Origin: Podarcis tiliguerta
Lineage: Eukaryota
DNA length: 64,000 bases
Reading direction: 5' to 3' (one strand)
Assembly (NCBI GenBank): GCA_965153285.1
Contig: OZ229122.1
Shown here: positions 1 to 13,719 of the stretch, in pieces
How positions within the stretch are numbered: position 1 is the stretch's first letter
Layout of the letters: each line of letters begins with the position of its first letter
Translations under genes and position numbers: made by a program
The notes under the pieces: model-generated
Databases searched by the model: none
What the model was told of the DNA's origin: nothing
The model's input: only the letters and a program-made list of their open reading frames with translations

Positions 1-754
1 GAATACAGTATAATTAGAATAAAACTCCCAAATCCCAGATAAAAGTTATGAGGGAGGCTGAAGAGATTCCATTTAGAACAGAGTAATTTGGATTTTATTC
101 ATGCTTAAAATATTAAGTATGCTTATAATAAATATACGCTACTTGCATTAAGAGAAACATAAAGATTGAAAGACAACTGGGTAAAAAAGAAATAAATGTT
201 TCATTTTTGTTGCTATTCATTTATTGCAGCATCAGAGGTGGGAATGCGTTTTAATAAGAAATCTGGCAGACACACACACAGTCCTATAGAACAGGCCTGT
301 ATATTCCAGCTGAACACACCTCACAGCCTTGTCAGCAAGCTGCTTGACTGACCTGTTTTCTTCAAGTCCCAGGCAGGCAACAAAGACAAAAGGTTTATTG
401 AGCCCCTGTTTGGCTGCCATACATGGCTGCTAGCTGTCTACGTGGATAGGTCACAAGTTGGACAGGCTAGCTACAAATATAGCAATACTATATAAAGAAA
501 AAAAATCCATCTGACTTACAACTCATGGATAGGTATTTAGACCAAACTCCTAGCCCCCATCTTGTTCAAGATCTAGCTTTTTGCTCCAAAATCTGATGAA
601 ACCCAAAACTGATCTGCTTCAGCTTTAATAATGCAATGTAAAATGCCACTGCAGGCGATTCCTATTTTCTAGAGTGATGAGTGTTGGACTTCAAACTTGA
701 ACTCAGGTGTGCACGGGAGCCCCTTGCCTATGGATGGAGAGTGTCTTGCAGATG

Positions 755-880
755 CTTAGTGGAAAAGGAGAATTCTTTGTGCTGCTTTGCATGCTGAAGG
801 TTCCAGGGTCAATTCCTGGCATCCCTTGGTAGGGCTGGGAGACATCTCAATCTGAAACCCTTGAGAGCTGCTGGCTCAGA
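755..880 (+). mobile_element. Degenerate tRNA-derived SINE fragment (same family as 17048, 18390, 19622, 60275)
   Basis: gctttgcatgctgaaggttccagggtcaattcctggcatc...gggctgggagac...ctgaaacccttgagagctgctg is shared with other copies in the window. Confidence 0.6.
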
Positions 881-2000
881 ATAAATGTTGCAACTAACAC
901 ATCCAGGACAAGTGCATGGAAGGTCGCCTGCCTACACCTGGATCTCTGGGATAAAGGTGGCAGAGCCCTCACTATCTGACACAATGGATCTAGTTGTGTG
1001 AGTTTTATTAAACTACACCTCCAGGGTGTGACATAGCTGAGCTATGAGACTGCAAACCATCTGCCACTCCGTGATGCCAGCCAGTGGAAAGCTGTTTCTC
1101 TTCATATTTCAGGTGTAGAGGTCATTGAAGCCACAAGATGGCGGTAGTTAACTGCTCACCTGGTACATCTAAATTCCCAGCGGTAGCAAACCTGGTGTTC
1201 TTCCCCTACCACACTCCCCAGGGAGGACATGTGAAAAGATAGCGTTTTAGTCTTTCATGTTGACAAATCAGTGGATGTGCTTCATGGATGAAAACCTATG
1301 CTGCAACCTGCACACAGCTTACTTAAAATCCACTGAAATAAATAAGTAGGCCAACTGTGTGCAAAACTACAGCCTTACATTTGGTTTCAAAATGGCTCAA
1401 CTGAAACTAACTGGGGAAGAGGAATGCCTTAAGCAAATTCCTCTAACTTGAATTTGCATGTAGGACTTTGCAAATGATTTTGTTTCAACATTCGCTGTTA
1501 CTGAATTTCACTTGGCTTTTGTTGGGTGAGGAAGAAACAAGGAGAGCAATCTAGTCCCATTTGATCACGGCCAACACACATGGGGCTAAAAGGAGCTTGG
1601 ATTCCCTTTCACCTGTATCAGTGTCTGAACAAGAGTGGACATGTGTGGAAGTGACATGGCACAAAATAGGTGTGCTGAGTGCACTTCACACATTCCCATT
1701 CAGTCCTCCAACTCTGCCTGGGTAACTTGCTAGTAGCATAAGGGAAAGGGAGATGGGGATATGAGATGCACACACAGAGCTACCATTCATCAGATTGCCT
1801 TGGTATAAATCTGGCAAGCTTCACATTCCTCCCAGAATCTACCAATGGGACCTGAGGTTTAAGATTTTAAAATAATCCTTCTAAGTCGTATTAGAAAGCA
1901 AAATTGAAAGTTTTCAGAAATTCTAACATTTTACCAAATTTCAGTTTTAGAAAATGCAGAACGCAATTCTTTGAATGATGTGAACTAGACTACCTTCATG

Positions 2001-2230
2001 TCAGTGTGGGGTAGTGGTTAGTGTCTTGGTCTAGGACCTGGGAGGTCTGTGTTCAAATTCCCACTCAGCCATGGAGCTCACCAGGTGTCCTTGGGCCAGT
2101 CCTAGCCTAGCCTACCTCACACGGTTGTTGTGAGGATAAAATGAAGTGGAGGAAAGCTGTACACCACCTTGAGCTCCTTGGAGGAAAGATGGGATATAAA
2201 ATGAATGAATGAATGAATGAATGAATGAAT
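2001..2230 (+). mobile_element. Old Squam3/MIR-like tRNA-derived SINE with (ATGA)n tail
   Basis: A-box gtggggtagtgg, B-box gttcaaattcc, core cctacctcacacggttgttgtgaggataaaat, L2-like 3' end. Confidence 0.75.
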
Positions 2231-2489
2231 GTATCTACTAGAAATCTTATATAAAGTTCTTCATGCCATCATCCTTTCTAGTGTTTATGTTTAAGTCTCA
2301 GGATTCTAGTTGTAGGATGTGTGGGGCTGAAATTAGCAAAATGGGGGAAAGAACTTCTATCCTACTAACTAGGACCCCAGTGGTTATGGTTTCCTACCCA
2401 ATACTCTTCACATTTGGAGGCAGGAATGAGATGCTGTCCACAGGATGATGGAACAGTGAGTGATGTAGATTGAAGTTCCATGTTCACAG

Positions 2490-2491
2490 AT

Positions 2492-2522
<31 letters not shown>
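2490..2522. repeat. (TTTA)n microsatellite
   Basis: Direct observation. Confidence 0.9.
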
Positions 2523-5448
2523 TATCCCACCTTTCTCCTGATAGTATACCATTGATTACAACTTGCTTTGGACAAACAAGTGGTGCATTTTGCCATCATG
2601 TCCCATTTAATTTCCCTGAGACATCTACTTGTCCACTTTGCAGACAGAATGCTAGGCCACATGGGCCCTTGGCTGGGCTATGTGTTGTTATTACAGCATG
2701 GTCTTCTTGACAAGTGTTTGGTAGAGAAACTGGAGGAAACAGGAACTCTCCATGGTGCTGAAACATGCATAAAATAACCCACTATCCCATTCATGAAAAT
2801 AGATTCCTCTTCTTACTCAGACTTTAAAGTCTCTTCATATGATGTGCAATAACATCCACATCAAAGATGGCATGTATACTGGAACATATGAAATTTAATG
2901 TGCATTTATTTCACATAAACACAAGCACTCTCTTGGCAATGCTTTAGATCATTTGCATCAAGCAGGGGGACTACCGGTAAATGGCTTGTAAGATTTTAGC
3001 CAACGTAGCCTGGGAAATTTACTTTGGAAAGATACTGATAATTCTCTTTTAGAGTCTTAAGATCTCCCAGAACTACATTTCCCAGAGTTCCTTGAGACAG
3101 GGAAATTGTAACAATTGATTTAAATTGAAATGTAGTCAAGCTTTTAGAGGGTTTCCATAACATGGATACAGATTGGGCATTAAGAATGGGAACATTCAGA
3201 AACCAGAATGTGCAGAATGTTCAACCTATTTGAACATTACATCTTCTGAACTCAGGCTAGCTACATGTGGATGCAACTATTTCAGATAGCAATTAGAGAG
3301 AGAGAATAAGTAACAATGAACAAAAATTCATTAACAAATTTCATTCCCCCCCCCCCCCAGTATTTCAATAAAGGGTTATGAGTGATTCAATATAAAAGGT
3401 CAATTGTTTCCCATTTCATCTGTTTTGTTATGTACTGAATTCATTTTTAGAGTCCAAGCAGATGTTTAGTGTTTATGTTTAATACTCCAGTAAACATTGG
3501 ACTGTGCCAGGACGCGTTCTGATTTGCTGTTATCCTTAGCTTTACTGTGGTAATAAGCTGTGTCCACAACTCCACATTTACAAAAAAAGTTATTTCAAAC
3601 TTGAGTAACTGTTACAGCTTCAACATATTCTGGAAACTGGAGTTTTGTGAAATAACTGAGAGGCATTATAAAAATTCAAGAACACATACCAGCCAGGCAA
3701 TGACACTCAAGGAGGGTATGAAGTAGGGCTGAAGCAGGGTGTAGCTTGGGGACAGGGGTTATGGCTTGGAGGGTGTTCCTGAGAACCAGAAAGAGAGGTC
3801 CCCCATCCCTTCTTCATACACCTGACAGCAAACACTGATGTAGTCAGAACAGCAGAATTTGGAGGCAGCAATGCTTTGGCATTCCAGTTTCTGGAAACCA
3901 CAGAAGAGACAAGTGCTCTTGTGCTCAAATCCAGCTTGTGGGGTTTCCCACAGGAATCTGGTTGGCTAGACCAGATGGGCCATTGGCCTGATCCAGCAAG
4001 CTCTTCCTATGTTCTTATCTACACACTTGGAGAAACCCAAAGGATGGCAGAAGCACACGCCATCTTTAGGATGTTGACTGACCACTGTTGGAGGAGGAAT
4101 GGAATGAAGTATCCTTGACAAGGGCATGGCTGGTTGGAATCCTGAACTTTGGCATGTCCCACTTGTACTTTTAATTATCAGATCCTGTGGCAAAAAGCAA
4201 GTCAGGGGGGAGGCTGTCTTCTTCAGCATACTCAGTGTGTAAGCTTCCCTAAGGCATCTGGCTGCCTGTTATTTGAAGGCAGTGCTAGGCTTGATGGTCC
4301 TTGTGGTCTGACATTTTAAGATAACAATTCAGTTCTTACTTTGGTGCAGGACATAAACAGACACAATCCTGCTGACAAGGATGGTCCAGTTGCAGGAAGG
4401 AAGGAATTTACCTCTCATTAGGAAATATTTGCCTACAGTTTCTGTAAGTCCAACTTTGCTGCCACAGAGACCACTTGGGCATGGAGAGAGATGAGAGAGG
4501 CACCTGGCGGGGTTATTAGCAAACTTGGAGTTCATCCTTCTGCAGGGACTGGTTCATAATTACAGTCATTTTCTAGCTGTGCGATGAGTGTTTCATCAGG
4601 GCCTGCCTGGCTCTATCTCTCCAACCCTCATCAGTCACTAGAAGGGCTCTTTAAAGAGACAGCAGCTCCACCACCAGCAGCCCTCTCCCTCTCCATTTCT
4701 TTCTGAACAGCTGTGCTTTAATTGGGAAGACATATTTGAACCTCTCAACTCACAGGAGGCAGGGATCGCTGCCTACCGCAAATTGTTTGCTCTTCTCCAC
4801 AACTGTGTTGCCCAGCAGAGGAAAAATAAAGGGCACAATTCACCGAGAAGTTCTCCTGCAAAAGCTCTATTGAAATAAATGGGAGCACATCTGGTTCATT
4901 TCAGTGTGGATTGTGTCCAGTCTGATCTTCTTGTAAATCAGTTCCCAGTATTCGGTCTCACACTCCCAACATGCTGTCATATTCTAGCATGACCAAGACT
5001 CAGAACACAGGGCTGTCTTTATTCTCTATGGTTCCCATTGAGGTCTGCGGCCTCAGCAGTGGCTAAGGTGGGGAATTGGCAAAATGACTGGCATCCGTCT
5101 CCTCCCTCTGCCCATCAAGGCTTACTAGCTCTCAACAATATTTAGCATGCACACAGCACTTTTGTGTCCACATGAATCAGCCTTGTTAGGTAGGTTAGTA
5201 CTATTAATCCCCATAGTTCAGGTGTGGGGAGCTGAGAGTGTGTTTCCACAGAGTTTATTGCTGCAGTGAAATTTCAACTAAGGTCTTCCTAGTTTGCAAC
5301 TCAAGTCTCTAAGGCACTTTGCTACAGTAGCTCCTAGTGATAATGTGAATGGGGAGGACAGATAATAAGCCAGGAGCTTTTTGGACGGAAGCTGTTAGTT
5401 TTCCACCTTGTTAAAAATAAAAATCTACTACATAGGAAATCTTTATAG

Positions 5449-5722
5449 TGAGGGTAACTAACCTTTTTGGCATGGGTCACATTTACACTTGGCCAGCGCA
5501 GATCAGCTGAGAAGGGTAATCACCCCCTCTCCCTCATGAAATGGCTGATATGATTACGTAGGCACTGTGCCCTGCACAACATTGTTTCTGCTTACCGTAT
5601 TTTTGTTCCCCTTTTTGCCACTGCTCCTAAACTTGGTTGGTTCTTAGAGAGTGAAATGATTACCGGTATTTTTTTCCACGAGGCCAGATCACACACCCCA
5701 AACTGGGGATTAGCCACCCCTG
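5449..5722. mobile_element. Old non-autonomous hAT-like element
   Basis: Degenerate TIRs (tgagggtaactaacc / gattagccacccctg); imperfect 8-bp TSD ctttatag/ctctgtag. Confidence 0.45.
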
Positions 5723-7261
5723 CTCTGTAGATCCACTCACTTGAGCACTACTGCCTCCCACCATCCAAAGGAATTGTAAGAATCTTTTCTTAAAACTTTC
5801 CTATCATCTCATGGGAACAGATCATGTCCTGCACCCAGTCACCCAACTCTAGAGAAGGCTGTGTGCCTAGTGCCTGGGCTACTTCACACTTTGGGCACAA
5901 GCTTAGCATATATGGGCACAGTGGAGGCTGGACCATAAGGGCAAACAGAGCACTGCTCCACTAACCTCCAGTCTATCATTAGCCAGCCCCCACCTGCCTG
6001 CCTTCTTACTAACAAACAGAATAGATACACTTGTCACTGACTTTGGCTCCGCCTGCCTCTGATCTCCCTTGTCTTCTGCCCTGCCAGCCCCCATTACATG
6101 GACATCTCAAAGAGCTGAGCCGGGGAGTTCTGCATGCCTTATCCCTTTGCAATGTGGGGTCTGCTGTTCTTCATGCATAGATTGTATCCTCTACACCAAA
6201 GCTGTGGTGTGAGCTTGGGCAAAGCCCAGATCCCTGCTCTGTAATATAAGACTCATGCTGACCTTGCTCACAAAAATCCTAATAGAACAGCAATACCGTA
6301 TAGTTGACAAAGTACTTTGCATGTGGAATGGCACCATGCAGGAATGCCAACTTGAATAAAATATTGTACCCAGGTAAGCCCCGCCCCACATAATCACATG
6401 ATGCAGTGCGTGCACACACACACACACACACACTCACCAATTGAATGGGAATGCCTATCAACTTTGTGGGGGCCCAGCCCCCTCAAATGTTTTATTGCGG
6501 GGTCTGAAGCCCCTACAGCCCCCGAGTTGGCTCCTATGGCACCATATAAAATGATCAGCTGTGCCAAACTGGCAAGCTGATGCCAATGTGGCTCTTTTCT
6601 CATCTCAGTAACACAACTTCACGTCTATAGAGTGTTTCAAGGACCTCACGTGTATGAGCTCAGTAATCCTTGCAACACCCTAGTAAGATTGGTCAGTGCT
6701 GTTAGTCCCATAATGCAGAGGGTTGCCCATAGCTAGTTAATTAACTTTGAAATCATAAATGTGAATTTCTTATTTTGGAACCAGGCGTCTCTTGGTGTTT
6801 CCACAGCATTGTAGCAATTAGCAAGGCGCTGTGGCTCAAATGAGTAAAGGCAGCCAGCTCCCTCCTACACATTTGTAAGATAAGCCTCTGGAAGCAGGTC
6901 ACAGGAGATCAATTCCAGTAAGGTCTGAATCCTTCATCTCCCTTTTAGGAACCAAGCCCTGGGTCCAAGGAGGTCCCCATCTATCTACAGCTAGTGTCCC
7001 AAGCAGTATAACCAAGGTAGCACTTCGTGTTGTTGTTGTTGTTTAAAAAAAGGTGGGCTGAGGCTCAAATTAATGTTGGAGTAGATGACCCTTGGGGTCC
7101 CTTCCAACTCTACAGTTCCATGTTTCTATGTTCATTGGTCTGGAAGCCTTCCCTTCTAATACCAAGATTAGAAGGAGCAGACTGTAGGTTATTGGTTGTG
7201 AAGAAAAGGCGCTTGAAGCATATGCAGAGTGGCATTCATCTTCATTATTAATTTGTATCAT

Positions 7262-7393
7262 GGATGGCCAATGTAGTGCTATCCAACTGATGCTAAACTC
7301 CAACTTCCATCTGCCCCAGCTAGCATGGCTAATGGTCAGGAACGATGGGAGTTATAGTTCAACATCTGGAGGGCTGCGTGTTGGCTATCCCTG
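7262..7393. mobile_element. Degenerate copy of the palindromic hAT MITE seen at 58174 (further fragments near 8760-8857 and 11130-11190)
   Basis: gatgggagttatagttcaacatctggagggctg...ttggctatccctg matches the right arm of 58174-58309. Confidence 0.6.
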
Positions 7394-10300
7394 ACTTATA
7401 TGTTGCAGGGTCAAGATTCCTATTCAAAACTGTCTCAAATAAAGCTCTGCTTCAAGGTCATCTTGAACTTCCCCTTTATATTAGAATATCCAACCCAAAT
7501 CGCAGTGACTAGATGAGGAGGGGTAATAGTAGCAGGGGTCCCCTGCATATCCTAATTCACATGCTTGTGCGGCTGCAAATCGGGTGCTGAAAGGACGATC
7601 TGCAGTCAGCCCAGTTCAAATAGAGCCTGGTGTTTTTTCTTGCTGTTTTTACTTTTGGCAAGAGGTGGCGCGTGGAGAATAGGGGTGCAGGATTCGTGTC
7701 CACGCTTTGATAGAAAGAAGCATCTCTCCCGCGTCTCAGATGGCTGCCCACATCTCGATCCGCAGCTGCCGCCCCGCAACCCTGAGCTTAATGAGCCTGC
7801 AGTAGGCACAGCACTCAACCTCTCCCCCCCCTTTTTTTTTCCTTTCCCCCTAATCACCACCCTGAAATTCCAGGCTGCTGGCAGGCACAGCAAAAATTAC
7901 TTTCTCCATTTAAAAAAAAAAAAAAAGGGCAGGAGCCTGCCAAGAGAAACTCGGAATGGAGCAGAAGGCAGGGAGACTTGGGGAGCCTTAATGATGCTCC
8001 GCCAGAAATCCTGCCGGCAGCAGGGAAAGAAAGAAAAGAAACAAGCCAAGAGAGATGTTTGCAACTCCAAGCCTTGACCCGGCTAACAGCTTGCAGCTCC
8101 AAGGGTGTTAATCCCCACTCCCCAGTCTCTCAGCAGAGGAAATAGCAAGAGTTTGGAGGAGCCAGAAAGCAAGAGACAACCCTGCAACAAAACAGAGGGA
8201 GGCACTCTCCTCTGGGGGTAAATTTTGGGGCTCCCATTAAAGGTGGAAGGTAGGGCAGTCTGGCCAGCAACTTCTCCAGTGCAAACCCCACTGACTTGAG
8301 AGAGAATAGCTTTGAGTATGTGCAGGATATATTTTTTGCCTCCCTAAATCGCCAAGCAGCATGGTTGGATTTGGAATAAGCCCACGTTGAAAGTGCGATA
8401 GACACAATCTGTGCTGAAGTTATCCAGGGAGCCTTGAGAAGGAGAAGGAAAAGCCAGCACTTGAGCTAAGATCTCGTTAAGAATCAAGGAACCTCCAGGC
8501 CAAGTTAGTCCCTTACAGGAACTAAATGGATCTCTGCACAGCAGGGAAGCTAAACCAGCTTTAACCTAAAAATAAAGCCTGCAGATGTTGATATTGCTGT
8601 GGCACTCCTTGCAGAGAACCATTTCCTTTAACACATTCAACCCTGCACATTTGTACTACACCATTTCTAAAGGCAAAGGGCGGCTGCACTTATTACTGCC
8701 TAGATCTACAATCCCTGCCTTTTAATCCCGGCTGTATTGAGACTAGACACATTAAATGGAATTCATCCCAACTCTCATCAGCCCCAGCCAGCATGGCCAG
8801 TGATCAGGGATGATGGGAGTTGTAGTCAAACGGTTGGAGTACCACAGGTTCCCCACACCTACTATGCAGACTTAAAAGGCACTCAGTATGCTCAGAGGGT
8901 TTCTTGTTCAATGTTTTAGTGTTACATTCCTAGCTTTGGCCCTCCTGTTGCAAACATGCCAGAGGCTCAGCGCTGCTGAATCTCCCCTCAAGGTCTCATT
9001 TAAATTCTTGGTTTGTGAAGCAACAGGCACCAGGGCTCACTTTTACCTTGTCTAAGGTTTGTTAGGGACTGGCTGCCATTTCACCATGGGGAAGGAAAAG
9101 GTGTTCTACATACCCAGGACTCTCTAGCCAGCTCACAGTTGTAGAGGGAAAGTATCAGAGAATGAGAATCCAGTGAATGCTAAGATAAATGTTACATTGC
9201 TAGATCAAATCAAGATCTACATAGCCTAGCTGTCTGTCTCTAAACAGTGGCTAGCCAGCTGCCTTTGGAAACTCTCAAGCAGGATGCATAAGAGATCACC
9301 ATTCCTCACTTGCCCCCAGCAGCTGGTAGTCAGATATGCTGACCCTGAACATGAGAGGTGCCATTCAGCAATCACAGCTCATAGCTATCCACAGATCGTC
9401 CTATATAAATTAGTATACTCCCATTTTGAATACATGTGGGTTCCCCTCTTCATGCTGTGAGCACCTTGTTTCCTATACCAAGTAGGTAACACCCGCCCCA
9501 ACTCAGGATAGGAGCCATTCAGCTACACAGAATGAGGTGGTAAGAGTTCTGGACTGTACTACTTCAGACTGCAGGTGGAGGGGGCTGGGGAAAAAATACT
9601 CCCCCACTTAGAAAATAAGACTCCCTGCATGGAGAAAGCTAGCATGTCAATAACTTACAGTGCAGGCCTCTCCTGGCAGTGTTTCTGTTCTTCTTCCAAG
9701 GAGTTGTGTTGGTTGTTTTTGCATGGAGGAACAATGGAAAATGAGCATCACCAGCACCTATAAACTGAAGTGCATCTCTGGATTCTGCCACCTCATTCTG
9801 CTGTGTGCTTGGAAGCCAAAAAGCCATCAACACATTCTACAACATGTCTACTACTGATTGCACAAACTTTGGTTTGTCCTGAATCTGTAGGGCAATATAG
9901 ATACTGAAAGTGTCTTTGGCCTGAACCTGGGCATAAAATGAAGCCCTGCCTAACTTGCACTGGTTCCCTACTGGTTGTCTCATCATCTCTCTCCAAATAC
10001 ACTCGAGAAGAGAGAGAGCACCAAGCGGAAAGGGGAGGGAAGACTTGTGTTGAGTTTTCAGGAGGGTGGGAAATCAAATCTCCGAACAGCTCCGAATGAC
10101 TGTCTGGAAGCTTCGAAAGCTGAGCTGGCAAGGGCAGGTGGTTGCACAGCTGCGCCATTTGGATCATGCGCTCTCATCAATATTCATGAGGCAGCCCGGC
10201 CAATCAGGAGAGTAGCTGTCATTAGTGAGCATCTGGCTAGTGAGGAGAGGTTTATTCTGTTTTTGTTTTTTGAAGTGAACTTCTTTTGACATTTTGAGAA

Positions 10301-13300
10301 TTTTCCTCTGTAGGTTTCAAAGTCCTCTTTGCCCACCCTCCACCTGCGCATTTGGCTTGATCCCTTTTGCGGCGCACAAGGCCCCAAAGCCCCCTGCAAT
10401 GTAAAGCCATAACTAAGGAGAGGCAGAGGAGATGTGAAATTTGGGGGCGGTGGTGGAGGGCCTCCAGAGGTATTGCATCTCAATTTTTTAAAGTAATAAT
10501 GAGTGCCTAGTCTGATATAGCCTCAGCCGCATGACTACTTCCTACAGTGCTCCACTAACTTAAGACTCTAACAGAAGACAGCAAGACTGTGCCAGAAGTA
10601 CTTGTGTCAGAAGTAGCACATCAGCAACCCCCTTGCACATGACCTTGGGTTCTTTGGCACCAGAAGGGCATGAAAAGGAGCCATGCTGCAGCAGCAACCA
10701 TGCAGCTGAAATAATATAGAGGAACTTAAATAGATACATAGCACTGTACCTAAATGCTCAAAGCACTTCATGTACATGATGTCATTAATCCTTAGCACCC
10801 CTAGTAAGGAAGGCCAGCATTATTATCCCTATGTTACAGGCAAAGAGGGAAGGCCAGTGAATAATACCATCTCTTAAATCTACTCGGTGAGTTCTTGACC
10901 AAGCTGAAATTTGAACTGGGGGACTTCTGTCTCTTACCTACTATGCTGTGCAGCCATGAATCATCAAGTTGAAATAGACTAGAAGTCCATTTGGGTGTAA
11001 ATCCCTACAAAACAAATTAATGTATCCAGCAACAGCCCAAACACCAACACCAACATAATCCAAAATACCACGTGCCACAAGCAGAGGCCAAGTTCATGAT
11101 AGAAAACAGCTTACTAAGCAAATTATGGCTGGTAGGGACTGATGGGAATTGGAATTCAACAACATCTGGATAGCCACAGATCCCCAAAAGCTGCTACAAG
11201 ATTTTTAAAAATCCCAGATTCATGACCTATCCGACTTGCCAGTAAAACCTTTTCTTACCTCCAGATATATCAGTCTTTCAGCCAAGGAAACATATCCATG
11301 CCAAGTGAAAACTAACTGACAGATCACCCCATCACCAAAACACTCTCCTGTTTGCCCCAATATCATAAGAGACCTTCCCTGTTTCTATATTCAGGGCTGC
11401 CCATTTTTTATGCCTTTAGTGAAAGGTTAACCAAAACCTTACCAGGGACACTGGAGTCTCCAATGTCTCCTAAATAATAATAATATTTAACCTGGATTGG
11501 CTCTAACTCCTCCTATTATAACATGCCCCTAGCCAAGCACCTGAACTATCCACTGGCAATCCATGCATAATATGATAGGTGCTACGAGTGTGGGATGAGG
11601 CTGGCAGAGGTTATTCACAAGGGAACTGCATTTTGCACAATGTTTTACCTTTGCCTCAGATTAAAGCACTGCTTGTAAGAGAAAAGGTTAAATCAAACAT
11701 TCTCAGGTTGGGTAAAAAGCAAAGCACTGTAAATGGACATCGCCTGGAAATGTTATCCTTTTTTATTTTTGCAAGTATACACATTTCTGAAAATTCACAT
11801 ATACAGTATCTTAGAGGATGTTCTCTCTGTGCGCCTGTTGCAGCAAGGGATCTCCTTCTCTGTGCTGCAATCTGTGGCTGTTGGAGAGTGTGCATGAATG
11901 AAACAAAATCCCTTCCTGCTTCATCAGTACTCAAGGGGGCAGACTCTGATAAAATGGGACAGACAGATGCCACTGACCACCCTCACATGGATGCTCCCAT
12001 GATCTCCGTGCTATAAGATCCTGCAAGAGGACGTGCCCTTCCACCACCACTTGTGAAGAGGGCCTTGCAGCTTACATCCTAAGGTCAAAATGACTGGAAA
12101 GGCAACAACTGGAGAGATGTATATCTGAACTTGGCCTGCTTGTTGATGGATGTAATAGGATATTCCATTATTACTTTCTATACACACCATTCTATATACA
12201 CCACCAGAACTTGAGAGGACACTTGCTTCTTTTGCTCTTCTGCACCCTCCTCAGTTCCACATTTAAAAATAAAATATGTCATAACTGGGTGGCAGACTGG
12301 GGAGTGGGAGAATGAACGATTAAAAGCAACGTATGACCAGAGCTTTTCAGGTGATAGCAGTTTTACTTGCATGTTTGTTTTATTGAGATATTTGAAGAGA
12401 GAAAGAGGTCTGAAAAACAGGTCAAAGCACTTTAATTGAGGAGTTTCTCTGCCATTTCAAAACTCGAAGCCCACAGACTGAATCTGCAAGTTACAGCAGA
12501 AAGCACTCAGACACCAGAGTTGATGTTGGAGGGCAAGAAACTTCCTAACTTTCATTAAAAAGGGTTTTCGGAGAAGTGTATGGGTATCACCAGAAGCCTA
12601 ATTTCATAGTACACCAAACTTTGGGAGGCAATGGAGACACAGGAGAAGAAACAGCAAAAAAGAGAAAGTAAGAAATGTTTCATGCAGGCCTTCCGGCCTA
12701 TTTGAGCCCATTTCTTTTAGCTCTGCATTATCTTCTACCCAAAGGAGAATGGGCAACTCAGAGGATCTCTATAAGACCTCTAGTTCGCTGTCTGTGCAAT
12801 GACAATTGGAAGGAAATTATCTAATACCCTCACAAAGATACACAGTGGTGGGGCTATGGAGGGGTCATCTTATTTCTAGAGCACATGATGGGTTGCATGC
12901 ATCAAACACACAAGAGCATTACAGAATAACCTCCTCATTTCCCCCTCTATGTTCTTAACGCTCGCACCCTCTAACCAGAAGAATCAGCTCTGGTGCTAAT
13001 GAGCTGGCGAGGGTGCCCAGCCACTCATCCCAGCTGCATGCAGCTCCGCCAGGGAAACCCAGATGTGGGCTTGGCATCCACAACCAGCAGGTGGGCTCTC
13101 TGGCTCTCTGTAACAAAGGAAAGTCCAACCCCAGGCGAACTGTTTTTGACACGCCTACAGGGTAACCAAAGACAGCTGGGCCTCTGCGAGAAACACTATC
13201 AGCGATGGAGAGGAGGAGGGAGGGAAAGGGAATGCAGCCAAAACAAAACTGAGCAGCTTCCTGCGTAGGATTGTTTGCCAAAATCTACAGAAGGTGGGAT

Positions 13301-13586
13301 AAGAAGTGATAGGCTGACATGCCCTTGCTGGAAGCCAGCTCATTTTCTACAAGGCAGGATCAGGCTGCAAAAACAGGAGCTACAGCATATAATTTACAGC
13401 TACTGCAGTATTCCTAGGCGTGAGCTTCAGCTTCTCGGGCATTGGTCCAGGCTGATCGCCCACTCAGGTCACCAGTTACAGCATAGGAGTTGGACCCTGG
13501 AGTTTTGACAGGCAATGCAAGTTCCAGGAAAGGGCTAGAGACGAGCTCCAAGCACATTCTGGATGGAGCCCTTTTCCTTCTTGCTC

Positions 13587-13719
13587 TCACTGTTCCTTGA
13601 CAAGGTCAGCTGATGCTACGGAGTCAACCGGAAGTGGCTCCTCTTCCTCAGAATCTGGACTCTCCAACTGGCTGTCTTCCATGCTGATGTCACTCCAATG
13701 AGGGTGAGATTCCACAGAG
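13587..13719 (-). CDS. SNX11: Probable SNX11 terminal coding exon (acidic tail)
   Basis: cttttccaaaag| acceptor with matching phase 2; reads [43 protein letters not shown]. Only weak (LESP) similarity to the mammalian tail. Confidence 0.65.

Noticed and set aside
1-240. Possible SKAP1 3' end (AATAAA at 191)
   Set aside because: Expected by synteny, but no SKAP1 coding sequence is visible and AATAAA is common in AT-rich DNA.
7565-8077. 170-aa ORF
   Set aside because: Low complexity, runs through homopolymer tracts, no recognisable domain or exon structure.
11762-12384. SNX11 poly(A) signal candidates (12379 and 11762)
   Set aside because: Cannot choose between them from sequence alone.
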